From positions 1,344,001 through 1,408,000 of the forward strand of contig OZ253496.1 in assembly GCA_965262115.1 (NCBI GenBank): 64,000 nucleotides of DNA, read 5' to 3'. This DNA is from Nitrospinales bacterium. Its GTDB lineage: Bacteria > Nitrospinota > Nitrospinia > Nitrospinales > VA-1. The notes under the pieces were generated by a model, which did not search any database, was not told where the DNA came from, and worked only from the letters and a program-made list of their open reading frames with translations. Made by a program: the position numbers and the translations under genes. Position 1 is the first letter of the stretch; every line of letters starts with the position of its first letter. Shown here in pieces: positions 46,073-56,170 of the stretch.

Positions 46073-47086
46073 GTGACTCCTGACAACTTAATCCTGAAAA
46101 TTTCCAAAGGCCAAACAGAGCCTTTCTATTTTCTCTACGGGACGGAAACCTTTTACCAAACCGAAGTCATCCAGGCGCTGCGTCAACAATGGATCACCGA
46201 TGATAACCGAGACTTAAATCTGGAAACCTTCGATGCTCGTGAAAGCACGGTGAACCACTGGCTGGGGTCTGCCAGAACTCTCTCTTTCCTGGGCGGAACA
46301 AAACTGGTGGTGGTGCGTAATCTGCACGAGGCCGTCCCTAAGGATCAGGATGCCCAAACCCTCATGGACTACGCCGAGTCTCCCATTGCTGAAGCCTGTC
46401 TCATCATTACCGCTGACAAGGTGGACCGCAAAAGAAAATTATTTAAAGCGCTGACAGGATTAAAAACCGCAGTCGCCTGCGAGGCTCCTAAAGAAAATGA
46501 ACTGATAAACTGGCTCCGGAAACGGGCTGAGGAAAAAAGCTATTCGCTGTCCTCTGATGCGGCACGCTTTCTGGTAAACAGGGTGGGAGTCCGGCCGGGG
46601 ATTCTGGCAAAGGAATTGGAAAAAACTCTCCTCTTTGTTGGCAAAAACAAATCTGTTTCAGAACAGGATGTCGCTGGAGTGGTGGGAGAAAGCAAGCTGG
46701 AAAATGTTTTTGCCCTCACCGATGCATTGAAAACAAAAAATCCGGAGAAAGCGCTCCATCTGCTCAACAATCAAATTGGTCACGGGGAAGAACCCATAAA
46801 AATCCTCGGCACCATTGCCTGGCAGTTTCGAATGATCTGGGAAGTAAAACATTATCAGAAAAAAAACCTGCCATCAGGTCAGATTGCGAAAGTTATGGGA
46901 GCCAACCCTTATGTGGTGAATAAAGCTTCGCAACACACTAGCCGGTTCAGCGCACAACAACTGCGCAACGGATATTTGGAATTGGAAAAAGCCGATAGAA
47001 GCTTGAAGTCCACTTCGCAGGACCCCCTGGCAGTGATGCAAACTCTGATCCTCAACCTCTGCACTGGGCGTGCGGCCAGCCGCTAG
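46073..47086 (+). CDS. holA: DNA polymerase III delta subunit
   Basis: YFLYGTE, TLSFLG..KLVVV, ELEK, NVFALTDA, AD..LKS; synteny with leuS. Confidence 0.92.
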   Translation: MTPDNLILKISKGQTEPFYFLYGTETFYQTEVIQALRQQWITDDNRDLNLETFDARESTVNHWLGSARTLSFLGGTKLVVVRNLHEAVPKDQDAQTLMDYAESPIAEACLIITADKVDRKRKLFKALTGLKTAVACEAPKENELINWLRKRAEEKSYSLSSDAARFLVNRVGVRPGILAKELEKTLLFVGKNKSVSEQDVAGVVGESKLENVFALTDALKTKNPEKALHLLNNQIGHGEEPIKILGTIAWQFRMIWEVKHYQKKNLPSGQIAKVMGANPYVVNKASQHTSRFSAQQLRNGYLELEKADRSLKSTSQDPLAVMQTLILNLCTGRAASR

Positions 47087-47155
47087 CCGCGGGGGGCACA
47101 ATAGGCAATAACATTAATGAATGGACGATGGGTTAGCACGGCTGGAAGAGCTATT

Positions 47156-47271
47156 TACCCCTTCTACCCGTTCCCCTAAATTCATGCCCGGAACGGGTAG
47201 AAGGGGTATGTGATGTCCTCTTCCTTAACCTTCATGCCCCGAAGGGGTAATCCGGGGTTATGCAAATGTCA
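47156..47271. repeat. Partial MITE end with ~40-bp elements (largely reverse complement of 36640-36736)
   Basis: 47176-47265 is the near-identical reverse complement of about 36647-36736; 47156-47174 pairs with 47190-47208. Confidence 0.85.
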
Positions 47272-47277
47272 CGCTGG

Positions 47278-47541
47278 CTAGGGGGTGCAGTTGACCAACC
47301 GGGTGAGGCTGGAAATTTTTCGGGACGCGGCGCGGGCGTGGAGGATGCCTTTACCGCCAACCTTGGCGATGACTTTCTCGGCGATCTTTAATTCTTTCTG
47401 GGCCTGCTCTTTGTTACCTGCCTCAGCTTCGGTACGCACTTTTTTGGATAACGTCCTGACCAGGGTGCGGTAACCTTTGTTTCTTTCATTTCTCTTCAGG
47501 TTCTGCCGGTTGCGCTTCAATGCAGATTTATGATTAGCCAA
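47278..47541 (-). CDS. rpsT: 30S ribosomal protein S20
   Basis: ANHKSALKRNRQ...KGILHARAASRKIS; TTG start 47541. Confidence 0.96.
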   Translation of the reverse strand: MANHKSALKRNRQNLKRNERNKGYRTLVRTLSKKVRTEAEAGNKEQAQKELKIAEKVIAKVGGKGILHARAASRKISSLTRLVNCTP

Positions 47542-47613
47542 AAACTGTCCCTCTATGTTGAATGTTGAAAACTTGTCGTCCCGGACCGGGCAACAAATAA
47601 TAGTGAATTGAGC

Positions 47614-47642
47614 CTTATACTTTATTCCTTCCATGTTGTCAA
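47614..47642 (-). promoter_or_regulatory. Putative rpsT promoter
   Basis: TTGACA-17 nt-TATAAG. Confidence 0.6.
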
Positions 47643-47766
47643 GGAGGCCTTTGCGTAACCTGAGATTCTCATTGATCCTCCCCTCTCATGAGGGGAGGCA
47701 ATGATCTTCCCCTGAATTGGTGGACACATCGAAAAGTGTGGATAATACACTTTTGGAGGTGTTTTT

Positions 47767-48101
47767 ATGGGAACCAAACGCAGGAGTTTCAGTAAAGAAT
47801 TCAAGTTAGAAGCGGTTCGATTGGTTATTGAAGTAGGCGATAGCATTGCCCGGGTGTCCCGGGATCTGGGAATCCGTTCTGCCCTTCTGGGTCGCTGGAA
47901 ACAGGAGTATGAGGAGGATCAGGGGAATGCGTTTCCCGGCAAAGGACAGCTTAAGCCGGGAGATGAGTTGCAGCAGTTGCGGCGAGAAAACGCTCGCCTT
48001 CGTATGGAGCGGGACATATTAAAAAAGGCGGCAGTTATCTTTGTGATGTCCTCTTCATTTGTCTTCATGCCCCGAAGGGGTACTCGAAGGGTTCCCAATG
48101 A
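47767..48101 (+). pseudogene. IS3 OrfA (HTH), 3' end disrupted by a 41-bp insertion
   Basis: RRSFSKEFKLEAVRL...LRRENARLRMERDILKKAA. Removing 48042-48082 restores VIFSKGSQ* overlapping the orfB ATG. Confidence 0.85.
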
Positions 48102-48961
48102 GATATCGGTTTATACGGGATCATCGAGAAGCATTTCCGGTAAGCCCGATGTGCCGGGTTCTGGAAGTGGGACGAAGTGGGTTCTATGCCTGGCTGAGCC
48201 GCCCCGAGAGCCTGAGGAGCCGTGAGAAGCAGCGATGGGTTGATGAGATCAAAACCGTTTATAAGAAGAGTCGCCAGACTTATGGCAGTCCCAGAATTCA
48301 TGAGGACTTGAAAGACAAGGGATATGCCATTGGCAGGCATCGTATTGCCTGTCTTATGCGCGAGCATGGAATCGTTGCCAAGCACAAAAGAAAGTTCAGG
48401 GTGACAACCGATTCCAAACATAATCACCCGGTGGCAAAAAACAAACTGCAACGGCGGTTTAATGTTGCTGAGCCCGGTCAATGCTGGGTTTCGGATATCA
48501 CCTATATCCCGACTCAAGAGGGCTGGTTATACCTTGCGGTGACGCTGGATTTATTCCACCGTAAAGTTATTGGTTGGGCCATGGATCGTTGGATAACCCG
48601 TTGGTTGGTAATGAGAGCTTTAAATATGGCAATGAAGAACGGCGGCATGAAACCGGGATTGATTCACCATTCTGACCGGGGGGTTCAATATGCCTGCAAC
48701 GATTTTCAAGCCTTGCTCAATGTTCATGGGATAGAGTGCAGTATGAGCCGGAAGGGCGATTGCTGGGATAACGCCGTGGCGGAGAGTTTTTTCCATACTC
48801 TCAAAGTGGAACTCATTCATAACCGGAACTACAAAACCCGTCAGCAAGCAAAGAAGGATATTTTTGAATATATCGAAGTGTTTTATAATCGGCAACGCCG
48901 TCACTAATATCTCGGCTATCTCAGCCCTGCCGAATTCGAGAAACAGGCCTATGCCTCTTAA
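48098..48961 (+). pseudogene. IS3 OrfB DDE transposase with a late nonsense codon
   Basis: [33 protein letters not shown]. Reads NRQRRH*YLGYLSPAEFE, with TAA at 48905-48907 where Ser is usual. Confidence 0.9.
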
Positions 48962-49186
48962 CTAACTGTCCACTAAAACAGGGGAAGATCACATATAACA
49001 CAGGGGGGGGAGATGACAGTCGAAAAGGCCAACAGGCAGTAAATCACCCCAACCCGTCGGACAAGACGTATTCCTATTGTTCAAGTTTAAGAAAGAGGGG
49101 GATTAAAAACTTTCCCTGTCTGTGGGATTGCTTTTCACTCTCCCCGGCGAGGGTGCCGATTTTTTATCTGGCCCTGCGCCGAGCAG

Positions 49187-49261
<75 letters not shown>

Positions 49262-49455
49262 CTATAGGTCTTTTCAGGTTGGAAATGACGTACTTTACAC
49301 GCTCTGCCCGGCAAAAATCAACCCCCCACTCGGCGTGGGGCCAGTAACCGGCGAACCGCCAGCGTGACGCTGGACCCATTGAAAAATCTGATTCAGCCGA
49401 GAAAACCTGCCGCCAAACCGAGAGGGTTATTGCCGTTGCCTCCCTCGCTAGAGGG

Positions 49456-50244
49456 CTAGCTCACTGGCCGTCCAGGCCATACTGCGATTCGAACCCCGGC
49501 GAACCCGATTTTACTGACAACGATAATTCCAAAAGCCGTGCTTTCTTTGAACCACCCGATGGCGGTGGGGACAATGGCTTTCGGGTCCATACCCTGTTCG
49601 ATCAGTTGATAAGCGCGCAAGGCAGTCACCTGCATGGCGATGGCCTCGCCGTCACCGGTGGCGGCCACGGCTCCTAAAGGCCCGGCATAAAGTCCGCACC
49701 CGATAAGGGGAACATCGCCCACGCGACCGGGGATGGCGTTGTCAATACCGCCGGTGCTGAGCGCTGCGGCAAACTCGTCCCCCGACCGGACAACACAACC
49801 GACCGTGTCTGTGGTGGAAAAATCTTTTCCTGTATTTGCGATTTCATCTGGGGAAAGGGTCTGGCATCCCTGGTTCTGGGCAAACTCCGCCGCACCTCTT
49901 CCCGCCAGAACGCGGTACTCCGACTGGCTGACGATGCACGCGACCTGGACCGGGTTTTTGAATCCTTCCAACGCGGCGACAGCGCCAAAAGTGCCGGAAC
50001 TGTCCATACACGAAGCGTCCATCTCCACCGAACCGTCGTTGCGTTTATGCGATCCGACTCCGGCGTTAAAACGCCCGTCATCTTCCAGACTGGCGACAGC
50101 ATGACAGGCCGCATCGATGATGGGCTCACCCGTTTGCAGGGACATCATGCTCATTTGCCCTGCGATCGCGGTTCCATCGGCATGAGCAGGATCGGAACCG
50201 GCCCCACCGTGGGTTAAAACTACGATCTTTTTTTTATCTGTCAT
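49456..50244 (-). CDS. Isoaspartyl peptidase / L-asparaginase (Ntn hydrolase)
   Basis: HGGAG, LEDD..FNAG.GS, EMDAS.M, DTVG nucleophile, STGG, PGRVGD.P..GCG, ATGDGE; start ATG 50244. Confidence 0.92.
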   Translation of the reverse strand: MTDKKKIVVLTHGGAGSDPAHADGTAIAGQMSMMSLQTGEPIIDAACHAVASLEDDGRFNAGVGSHKRNDGSVEMDASCMDSSGTFGAVAALEGFKNPVQVACIVSQSEYRVLAGRGAAEFAQNQGCQTLSPDEIANTGKDFSTTDTVGCVVRSGDEFAAALSTGGIDNAIPGRVGDVPLIGCGLYAGPLGAVAATGDGEAIAMQVTALRAYQLIEQGMDPKAIVPTAIGWFKESTAFGIIVVSKIGFAGVRIAVWPGRPVS

Positions 50245-50344
50245 GAGAATATTTGATAGAAATTTTGAAACACTGAGGTCAATAGTTGTGCGTGTATTAT
50301 AAATGAGGTAAGCTGAAGGCCAACCAAAAAAAAACAGAAAACCA

Positions 50345-50728
50345 ATGGTTAAGTTTTGCTTACAGTGCAAAAACGCGTTCTGGGGCGGACAGTATTGTCC
50401 GATATGTCCCGGCGAAATTGAACTGCTCGATGCCGCCCTGCCCGAGAACAAAAAATATCTGACGGAACTCAATATCGATGTGCGGCCAAAATATTATGCC
50501 CGTAGTTCCATGCTACTTTCCTGTTTCGGGTTTGTCATGGCCCTGCCTCTAGGCGCATTTTTATTTTTTCGCACCATGTCCTCTTCCGGCAACATAGTCT
50601 TGGGGGCCGGTGTTGGCATCGGTACCGTTGTTCTTTTCGCGTGGGGATGCTGGTATCTCTCCCACAGGCTCTTCGATAAACAAATGGAAGATGTTGAAGT
50701 CGAAGATAAAGAACCGCAGTTGGATTAA
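50345..50728 (+). CDS. Hypothetical membrane protein with N-terminal CxxC...CxxC
   Basis: CLQC...CPIC followed by two hydrophobic helices. Confidence 0.75.
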   Translation: MVKFCLQCKNAFWGGQYCPICPGEIELLDAALPENKKYLTELNIDVRPKYYARSSMLLSCFGFVMALPLGAFLFFRTMSSSGNIVLGAGVGIGTVVLFAWGCWYLSHRLFDKQMEDVEVEDKEPQLD

Positions 50729-50948
50729 CCGGTGAACCGCCGGTAGCAACGGGGCGGTGATACCCCTGCGGAGCATGAAGACTAAAGTGGGGACATCACA
50801 CGCACTTGCGACCACCAAAAGCATCGTTGTGATATTCTGCGAAATTCATAATCCAACCCTCCTCCAGCTCCTCCCTATGAAGGGAGGAGAGAATAAGGCA
50901 AGGACTTGTTAAGCTGAGAAGAACTGTTGCTCGCCAAAAAAACTATGG

Positions 50949-51524
50949 CTAATTGCCCCCACGGCTAGTGGCGGCAATAAATTTTTCTCTGGCTTGTTCG
51001 TCCTGTAATTGTTCTTCATCAATAACAGGTATGTCAGGAAAGTGTTTCATGAAGGCCCGGGCAAACAGTCCGGAGGTTTTTTCAACCGTTTCGCTGTGGA
51101 CAGGGGCATCTTTTATTGCGCAGGAAGGGGAACGGCTTTTAAAAATAAATCCACATACGTTCAGTCGCGTTAATTCCTCCAGCTTTTTAGAGCTGAAGTT
51201 GGTCATCGCATCCGTCTAGTCTTTTCCCGATTCGACACCTACCATGCGTACCACTACCCGTGGAGGGAGCTTGCTGATGCCGGGCGGCAGCTTTTGAGTT
51301 GAGTTCGAACTTTCTCCCGCTAGGCATTCATCGCCCGTCACGATTTGAACTTTTTCTCTCGGGACACCCATTCCCATTTCCACTTCAGGGCAGACCGGCA
51401 CCGCTTCGAACCGATCGTCTACGTCGAAAAGGTCGATCACGCCTTGGTTATATTTATGTTCCCCGTTATAACGAACCGATTGACCCAGCAGACAACTGCT
51501 GACCCCGATTTTGAGTTTTTCCAT
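50949..51524 (-). pseudogene. DUF523 (2-thiouracil desulfurase-like) gene with an in-frame TAG and an inserted repeat
   Basis: GVSSCLLG..VRYNG, VCPEVEMGMGVPRE, KSRSPSC, GLFA. The two ORFs are in one frame, separated by TAG at 51216-51218. Confidence 0.85.
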
Positions 51525-51538
51525 TTTCCGGCTTCCAC

Positions 51539-52807
51539 TTAATTGCTGGCCCGGTAGCCAATATCCTTGCGGTAGTGGATTCCATCCCATTGAATTTTTG
51601 ATACCGCTTCGTAGGCTTTTTTAATCGCTGAAGGGGTGTCGGCTCCGGTTGCAGTGACCCCCAATACCCGCCCGCCGCTGGTGAGTACTTTACCGCCTTC
51701 CTCTATAGTTCCGGCATGAAAGACGGTCACATCGGGCAAGGCCCCGGCTTCGTCCAATCCTGATATCTCTTTTCCTTTTTCATGAGATCCCGGATAACCT
51801 TTTGCCGCCATCACTACACAAACAGATGATTCCGGTTTCCACTTCAAATCATATTGGTCGAGGTTGCCATCGATGCAGGCTTCAAAGAGCGGGACAATAT
51901 CGCTTTCCATGCGGACGAGGAGCGGTTGCGTTTCCGGGTCGCCGAAGCGGACGTTGAACTCGAGAATTTTCGGACCGTGTTTGGTGAGCATCAATCCAGC
52001 ATAAAGAATTCCCTGGTAAGACCGGCCCTCGCTCTTCATGGCGCGAACCAGGGGGAGCATGATTTTGTCGCGCACCTTCTGGTGCATAATGTCGGTGAAC
52101 ACCGGAGCCGGTGAATTGGCCCCCATACCGCCGGTGTTGGGTCCTTTGTCCCCGTCCAGCGCGGCTTTATGATCCTGCGCCGAATCCATAAGGAGCACGG
52201 TATTGCCATCGGAAAATGCCAACACCGAAACTTCCTGCCCTTCGAGAAACTCCTCAATCACCACCTGGTCCCCCGCCTCGCCGAACGACTTGTCTTTCAT
52301 AATCGTGTCCACCGCGCTCAGTCCTTCTTTTGCGTTGCGGCACAAAATGACGCCTTTACCTGCCGCCAGTCCGCTGGCCTTGACGACAATGGGGCCGGTT
52401 TCTTTATCGAAATATTTGCGGGCCAGCTCATGCGAGGTGAATGTTTTATATTCCGCTGTCGGCAGGTCGTATTTTTTCATGATGTTTTTGGAGAAGACTT
52501 TGCTTCCTTCCAGTTCGGCGGCGCGGGCGGTCGGACCGAAAACGCGCAGCCCTTTTTCCTGAAACCGGTCGACGATCCCCATCACGAGAGGTTGTTCCGG
52601 TCCCACCACGGTGAGTCCAATCGCATTTTTTTCGGCGAACTCTAAAAGCTGATCGATCTGATCTACGGCTATCGGTACATTTTTGGCGATTTCAGCAGTC
52701 CCCGCATTGCCCGGTACGCAATAGATATCGGTGACTTTCGGGCTCTGGCTGATTTTCCAGACCAATGCATGCTCTCTTCCCCCTCCCCCTATGACCAGTA
52801 CCCGCAT
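51539..52807 (-). CDS. purD: Phosphoribosylamine--glycine ligase
   Basis: VLVIGGGGREHAL, VGPE.PL, GLAAGKGV, QDHK, GPNTGGMG, EFNVRFGDPETQ. Confidence 0.99.
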   Translation of the reverse strand: MRVLVIGGGGREHALVWKISQSPKVTDIYCVPGNAGTAEIAKNVPIAVDQIDQLLEFAEKNAIGLTVVGPEQPLVMGIVDRFQEKGLRVFGPTARAAELEGSKVFSKNIMKKYDLPTAEYKTFTSHELARKYFDKETGPIVVKASGLAAGKGVILCRNAKEGLSAVDTIMKDKSFGEAGDQVVIEEFLEGQEVSVLAFSDGNTVLLMDSAQDHKAALDGDKGPNTGGMGANSPAPVFTDIMHQKVRDKIMLPLVRAMKSEGRSYQGILYAGLMLTKHGPKILEFNVRFGDPETQPLLVRMESDIVPLFEACIDGNLDQYDLKWKPESSVCVVMAAKGYPGSHEKGKEISGLDEAGALPDVTVFHAGTIEEGGKVLTSGGRVLGVTATGADTPSAIKKAYEAVSKIQWDGIHYRKDIGYRASN

Positions 52808-52911
52808 TCTCTCTCCTTATTACTTTGTATGATTCAAGCTGAAATTTATATAAAATGCACCCATGTTGCAACTCTTTCGCAGCCTTGGGCAAAAGTAAGG
52901 TCTTTATTAAA

Positions 52912-54003
52912 ATGGTCAGACTAGACTCGATCAGCAAATCTTTTGGCGGAAAAACCGTAATAGAAAATATCTCGCTGGAGATCGAGGCGGGTGAGCGTTT
53001 CACCCTGCTGGGGCAGAGCGGTTGCGGTAAAACCACCCTCTTGCGTATGATTGCCGGATTCGAGACCCCCGATAGCGGAACCATTGCCATTGAGGGACAG
53101 GATGTCGGCCCTCTTCCCATTGAAAAAAGGCCCGTCGGGCTGATCTTTCAAAACTACGCTTTGTTTCCCCATATGAGCGTTTACGATAATATCGCGGTCG
53201 GGCCCCGCATCCGCAAGCATTCTGAATCAGAAATTGCCAAAAGAATCGATGAGCTTCTGGAGATCACTCATCTTAAAGCCTTGCGCAATGTTTACCCAGG
53301 ACAAATCAGTGGCGGCGAAGCGCAAAGAGTGGCCCTGGCCCGTGCTGTCATCAACCGTCCGAAAATTCTTTTGCTGGATGAACCCCTGTCTGCGCTCGAC
53401 CTCAGCCTGCGTAAACACCTGCGCGAGGAACTTGTCGAAATGCAGAGAGCGTTGGGAATCACCTTCCTGTTTGTCACCCACGATCAGGAAGAAGCAATGG
53501 GTCTCGCCACCCGTATGGGAATCATGGATAAAGGTTGCCTGCAACAAGTGGGCACACCCGCCGAATTGTATGAAAGACCCGAAACCGATTTTATCGCTGA
53601 ATTTCTCGGTGATGTAAACCGGCTTACCGGCAAGGTTGAACAAAGAACCGGTAACCAGATCACCGTTTCATTAGGAGCTTCGGGAAATATTCAATGTGTT
53701 TCTGAAATTCCTGGATTGGAGAATCAAAACATCACCTGTTACGTCCGGCCGGAAAAATTATTTTTTGATACCGGCCGACCTCAAACTCAGCCCGTTAATA
53801 TTTTACAGGGGACGCTGCGGGACATACAATTTTTCGGCAGTCATTCCCGCTATCAACTGAAACTTGCTGGCGGACAAACCCTGACCCTTTCAACCCAGCA
53901 CCGCAAATCCCACACCGCCCAATATTCCATTGGCGACTCGGTTCGGGTTTTGTTCGCGGTGTCCGATGTCTTCACCGCCAGACGCGGGGCCAGCGAGCAA
54001 TGA
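52912..54003 (+). CDS. ABC transporter ATP-binding protein (PotA-like, C-terminal TOBE-type domain)
   Basis: GQSGCGKTT, FQNYALFPHM, ISGGEAQRVALARA, LLDEP, VTHDQEEA. Confidence 0.92.
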   Translation: MVRLDSISKSFGGKTVIENISLEIEAGERFTLLGQSGCGKTTLLRMIAGFETPDSGTIAIEGQDVGPLPIEKRPVGLIFQNYALFPHMSVYDNIAVGPRIRKHSESEIAKRIDELLEITHLKALRNVYPGQISGGEAQRVALARAVINRPKILLLDEPLSALDLSLRKHLREELVEMQRALGITFLFVTHDQEEAMGLATRMGIMDKGCLQQVGTPAELYERPETDFIAEFLGDVNRLTGKVEQRTGNQITVSLGASGNIQCVSEIPGLENQNITCYVRPEKLFFDTGRPQTQPVNILQGTLRDIQFFGSHSRYQLKLAGGQTLTLSTQHRKSHTAQYSIGDSVRVLFAVSDVFTARRGASEQ

Positions 54004-54098
54004 CTTTATCAGGCGAAATAAAACTTGTCCGGCTGAAAAAGTCTTTTTCAATTCCCCGCCACGGGAATGAACCACGTTAAATTATAAGTGCTTCTAAA

Positions 54099-54863
54099 AT
54101 GAAAAAACTTCTGATAATAGTTTATGTTTTATTAATGACCGGCTGCGACAGCTCCCCTGTCGGCAAAACCTATCTGGTCGCGACCGACGCCACCCTCGTG
54201 CCCATGTCTTTCATGAGTGTCGGCAACGATATAACCGGATTTGAACCTGATCTCATGCGGGCTGTGGCGAAAGAAGCCGAAATCAATATCCGCCTTGTCA
54301 ATGTCGAGTGGGCCGGTTTGTTTGGCGGACTCATCACCCGGAAATTCGATATGGTGATCAGTTCTGTCACCGTTCTGGAAGAGCGTAAAGAACGCATGGC
54401 CTTCAGTGACCCCTATCTTAAAAGCGGTCTGGCTTTAGTGATCCGCAAGGATCAGAAAGGTGTCAATTCATTTGCCGACGCTAAAAAAAATAATTTTTTA
54501 ATCGGCGCCCAAATCGGAACCACGGCTTATTTCTTTCTGGAAAAAGATCCCACCGTTCGTAAAAAGGGTTACCAAATGTATGACCACGTCGTGACCGACC
54601 TCATCAACGGAAAAATTGACGCAGTACTGGGGGAAAGCACCGGAACACTTTTCTATCGGAACCAGCACAAACCTTTGTTTGAAAGAATTAAAATGGTCGG
54701 CGAAATCATGACCAACGAATATTACGCCATCGTTTTTCATAAAGACGACACGGAGCTTTTGGCGAAGGTTAATGTTGCTTTGCGGACAGTCTTAAAAAAT
54801 GGAACAGCCACCCGGCTCCACAAAAAATGGGATCTGGGCCAGGCCGCCCAAGTACCGGAATAA
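54099..54863 (+). CDS. Polar amino acid ABC transporter substrate-binding lipoprotein
   Basis: Lipobox MTGC; VATDAT..P, GF..DL, ERKERMAFSDPY, GAQIGTT. Confidence 0.9.
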   Translation: MKKLLIIVYVLLMTGCDSSPVGKTYLVATDATLVPMSFMSVGNDITGFEPDLMRAVAKEAEINIRLVNVEWAGLFGGLITRKFDMVISSVTVLEERKERMAFSDPYLKSGLALVIRKDQKGVNSFADAKKNNFLIGAQIGTTAYFFLEKDPTVRKKGYQMYDHVVTDLINGKIDAVLGESTGTLFYRNQHKPLFERIKMVGEIMTNEYYAIVFHKDDTELLAKVNVALRTVLKNGTATRLHKKWDLGQAAQVPE

Positions 54864-54868
54864 ATATC

Positions 54869-56170
54869 TCACTCTTCCTTCTCATTGGGCATTAATATAT
54901 TATTTATTTTGTTGCTAATTTTCATCCATTTTTCGTCCATAAAACCAGGCTTGCTAATGGTGTGAAGTAATATTGCTGACCGAAACAAACTGGAATGCAA
55001 AGAAAGATTACCTGTTTCGGGATCTTCATTTACTGCTCCGGATTTCTTTAATTCGGGAAGGCAAGAACTAGAATAGATGTTACCTGGGAACTCTTTATAA
55101 AGAATTGATTTAGGAATGGGGGCCGAAACCCACGCCAGGATATTCATTATTTCTTCTCGGAGTTTCTGCTTCCCCTTGAAGTTATATAGATTCAAAAAAT
55201 CTTTGTCTTGAAGCTCTCTGGCAGCTTCACTGATGGCCTCCCCCCAATCATCGGCATCTATGAGATTGTTCGTGTCAACCTCAATCAAATTATGCCCCAG
55301 AACCTGTAAAGAGTAAGGGTATCCGCCTGCAAGTTTAACCTTTGCATCCAGCTCTTCCTGGTTATACTCGATCTGAACATCATCAAACCCTTTGACCAAA
55401 ACTTCTTTGGCTTCTCCATACGGCATTCCTGTTAAGGGAATTGAGTCAAAACTTCTTCTGGCCGAAGGATCGCCCTCGAAAAAACTTTGAATGGCTTCAT
55501 TGTATCCAATAATAATGAATGAAATATTCCCGAGGCCATTCACATCCAGAGTTGTGGTTATACTTCGTATTAATTGTGCGATTCCCTGAATATACTTCGC
55601 ATTATGAATTTCATCCAAAACTATTAATAATCCATCATATTTACTTTGTTCCTCTACTTCTTTGAGCCCTAATAAAATATTGGTCAAAACTGAAACAGCC
55701 TGATCCTTAAAATACTGCTCAATATTACCATCATCTAATGGCAACCCCATTTGCCCCGAATCCACCGCAACACTTACTCCAAATGCCCCAAATGAAAACT
55801 TTCCTTTATTAAATAAGTCTCCTAATCTATCTGCCAGCCGATCAATTGAGGGCTTGGGCAGTTTGTCGGTCAACTGGTTCAAAACAGCCTGCAAAACTGT
55901 TCTAAAATGTTGCCCCTTTTCTACCGTGTAATAACTTGTAAGAAAATCTAAATTTTCCAATCCTTGATCTTTGGATTCCGCAATATGAAGAATTAGCCTT
56001 GCCAAAGCTGTTTTCCCAATTCCCCTTTCCCCGTGGAAAATAAAATTGGATGACATTCCTCTTTTTACCTGGGCAAGCTTTCTGATAATCTGAAGCGTTT
56101 GGTCTGAGCGACCTGCAAATAAAGTGGGGGCTACGGTTGAGTTGGGATTAAAAGGGTTATAAACAGCCAA
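54869..56170 (-). CDS. AT-rich P-loop ATPase (AAA_16 / STAND-like)
   Basis: NPF..., FAGR, Walker A GERGIGKT, Walker B LIVLDE, GGYPY motif, possible C-terminal winged helix. Confidence 0.85.
   Translation of the reverse strand: MAVYNPFNPNSTVAPTLFAGRSDQTLQIIRKLAQVKRGMSSNFIFHGERGIGKTALARLILHIAESKDQGLENLDFLTSYYTVEKGQHFRTVLQAVLNQLTDKLPKPSIDRLADRLGDLFNKGKFSFGAFGVSVAVDSGQMGLPLDDGNIEQYFKDQAVSVLTNILLGLKEVEEQSKYDGLLIVLDEIHNAKYIQGIAQLIRSITTTLDVNGLGNISFIIIGYNEAIQSFFEGDPSARRSFDSIPLTGMPYGEAKEVLVKGFDDVQIEYNQEELDAKVKLAGGYPYSLQVLGHNLIEVDTNNLIDADDWGEAISEAARELQDKDFLNLYNFKGKQKLREEIMNILAWVSAPIPKSILYKEFPGNIYSSSCLPELKKSGAVNEDPETGNLSLHSSLFRSAILLHTISKPGFMDEKWMKISNKINNILMPNEKEE

Larger units (their letters stand above)
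47702..48991 (+). mobile_element. IS3-family insertion sequence, probably inactive
   Basis: Terminal IRs TGATCTTCCCCTGAATTGGTGGACA / TGTCCACTAAAACAGGGGAAGATCA enclose orfA and orfB; no flanking direct repeat. Confidence 0.95.

Noticed and set aside
48992..49186. Genomic island integrated at tRNA-Thr(CGT)
   Set aside because: No duplicated tRNA 3' end and no integrase; only an IS lies between the tRNA and rpsT.
51216..51218. In-frame TAG as pyrrolysine or programmed readthrough
   Set aside because: No pyl genes are in the window, TAG ends many normal genes here, and a TGG-to-TAG change is simpler.
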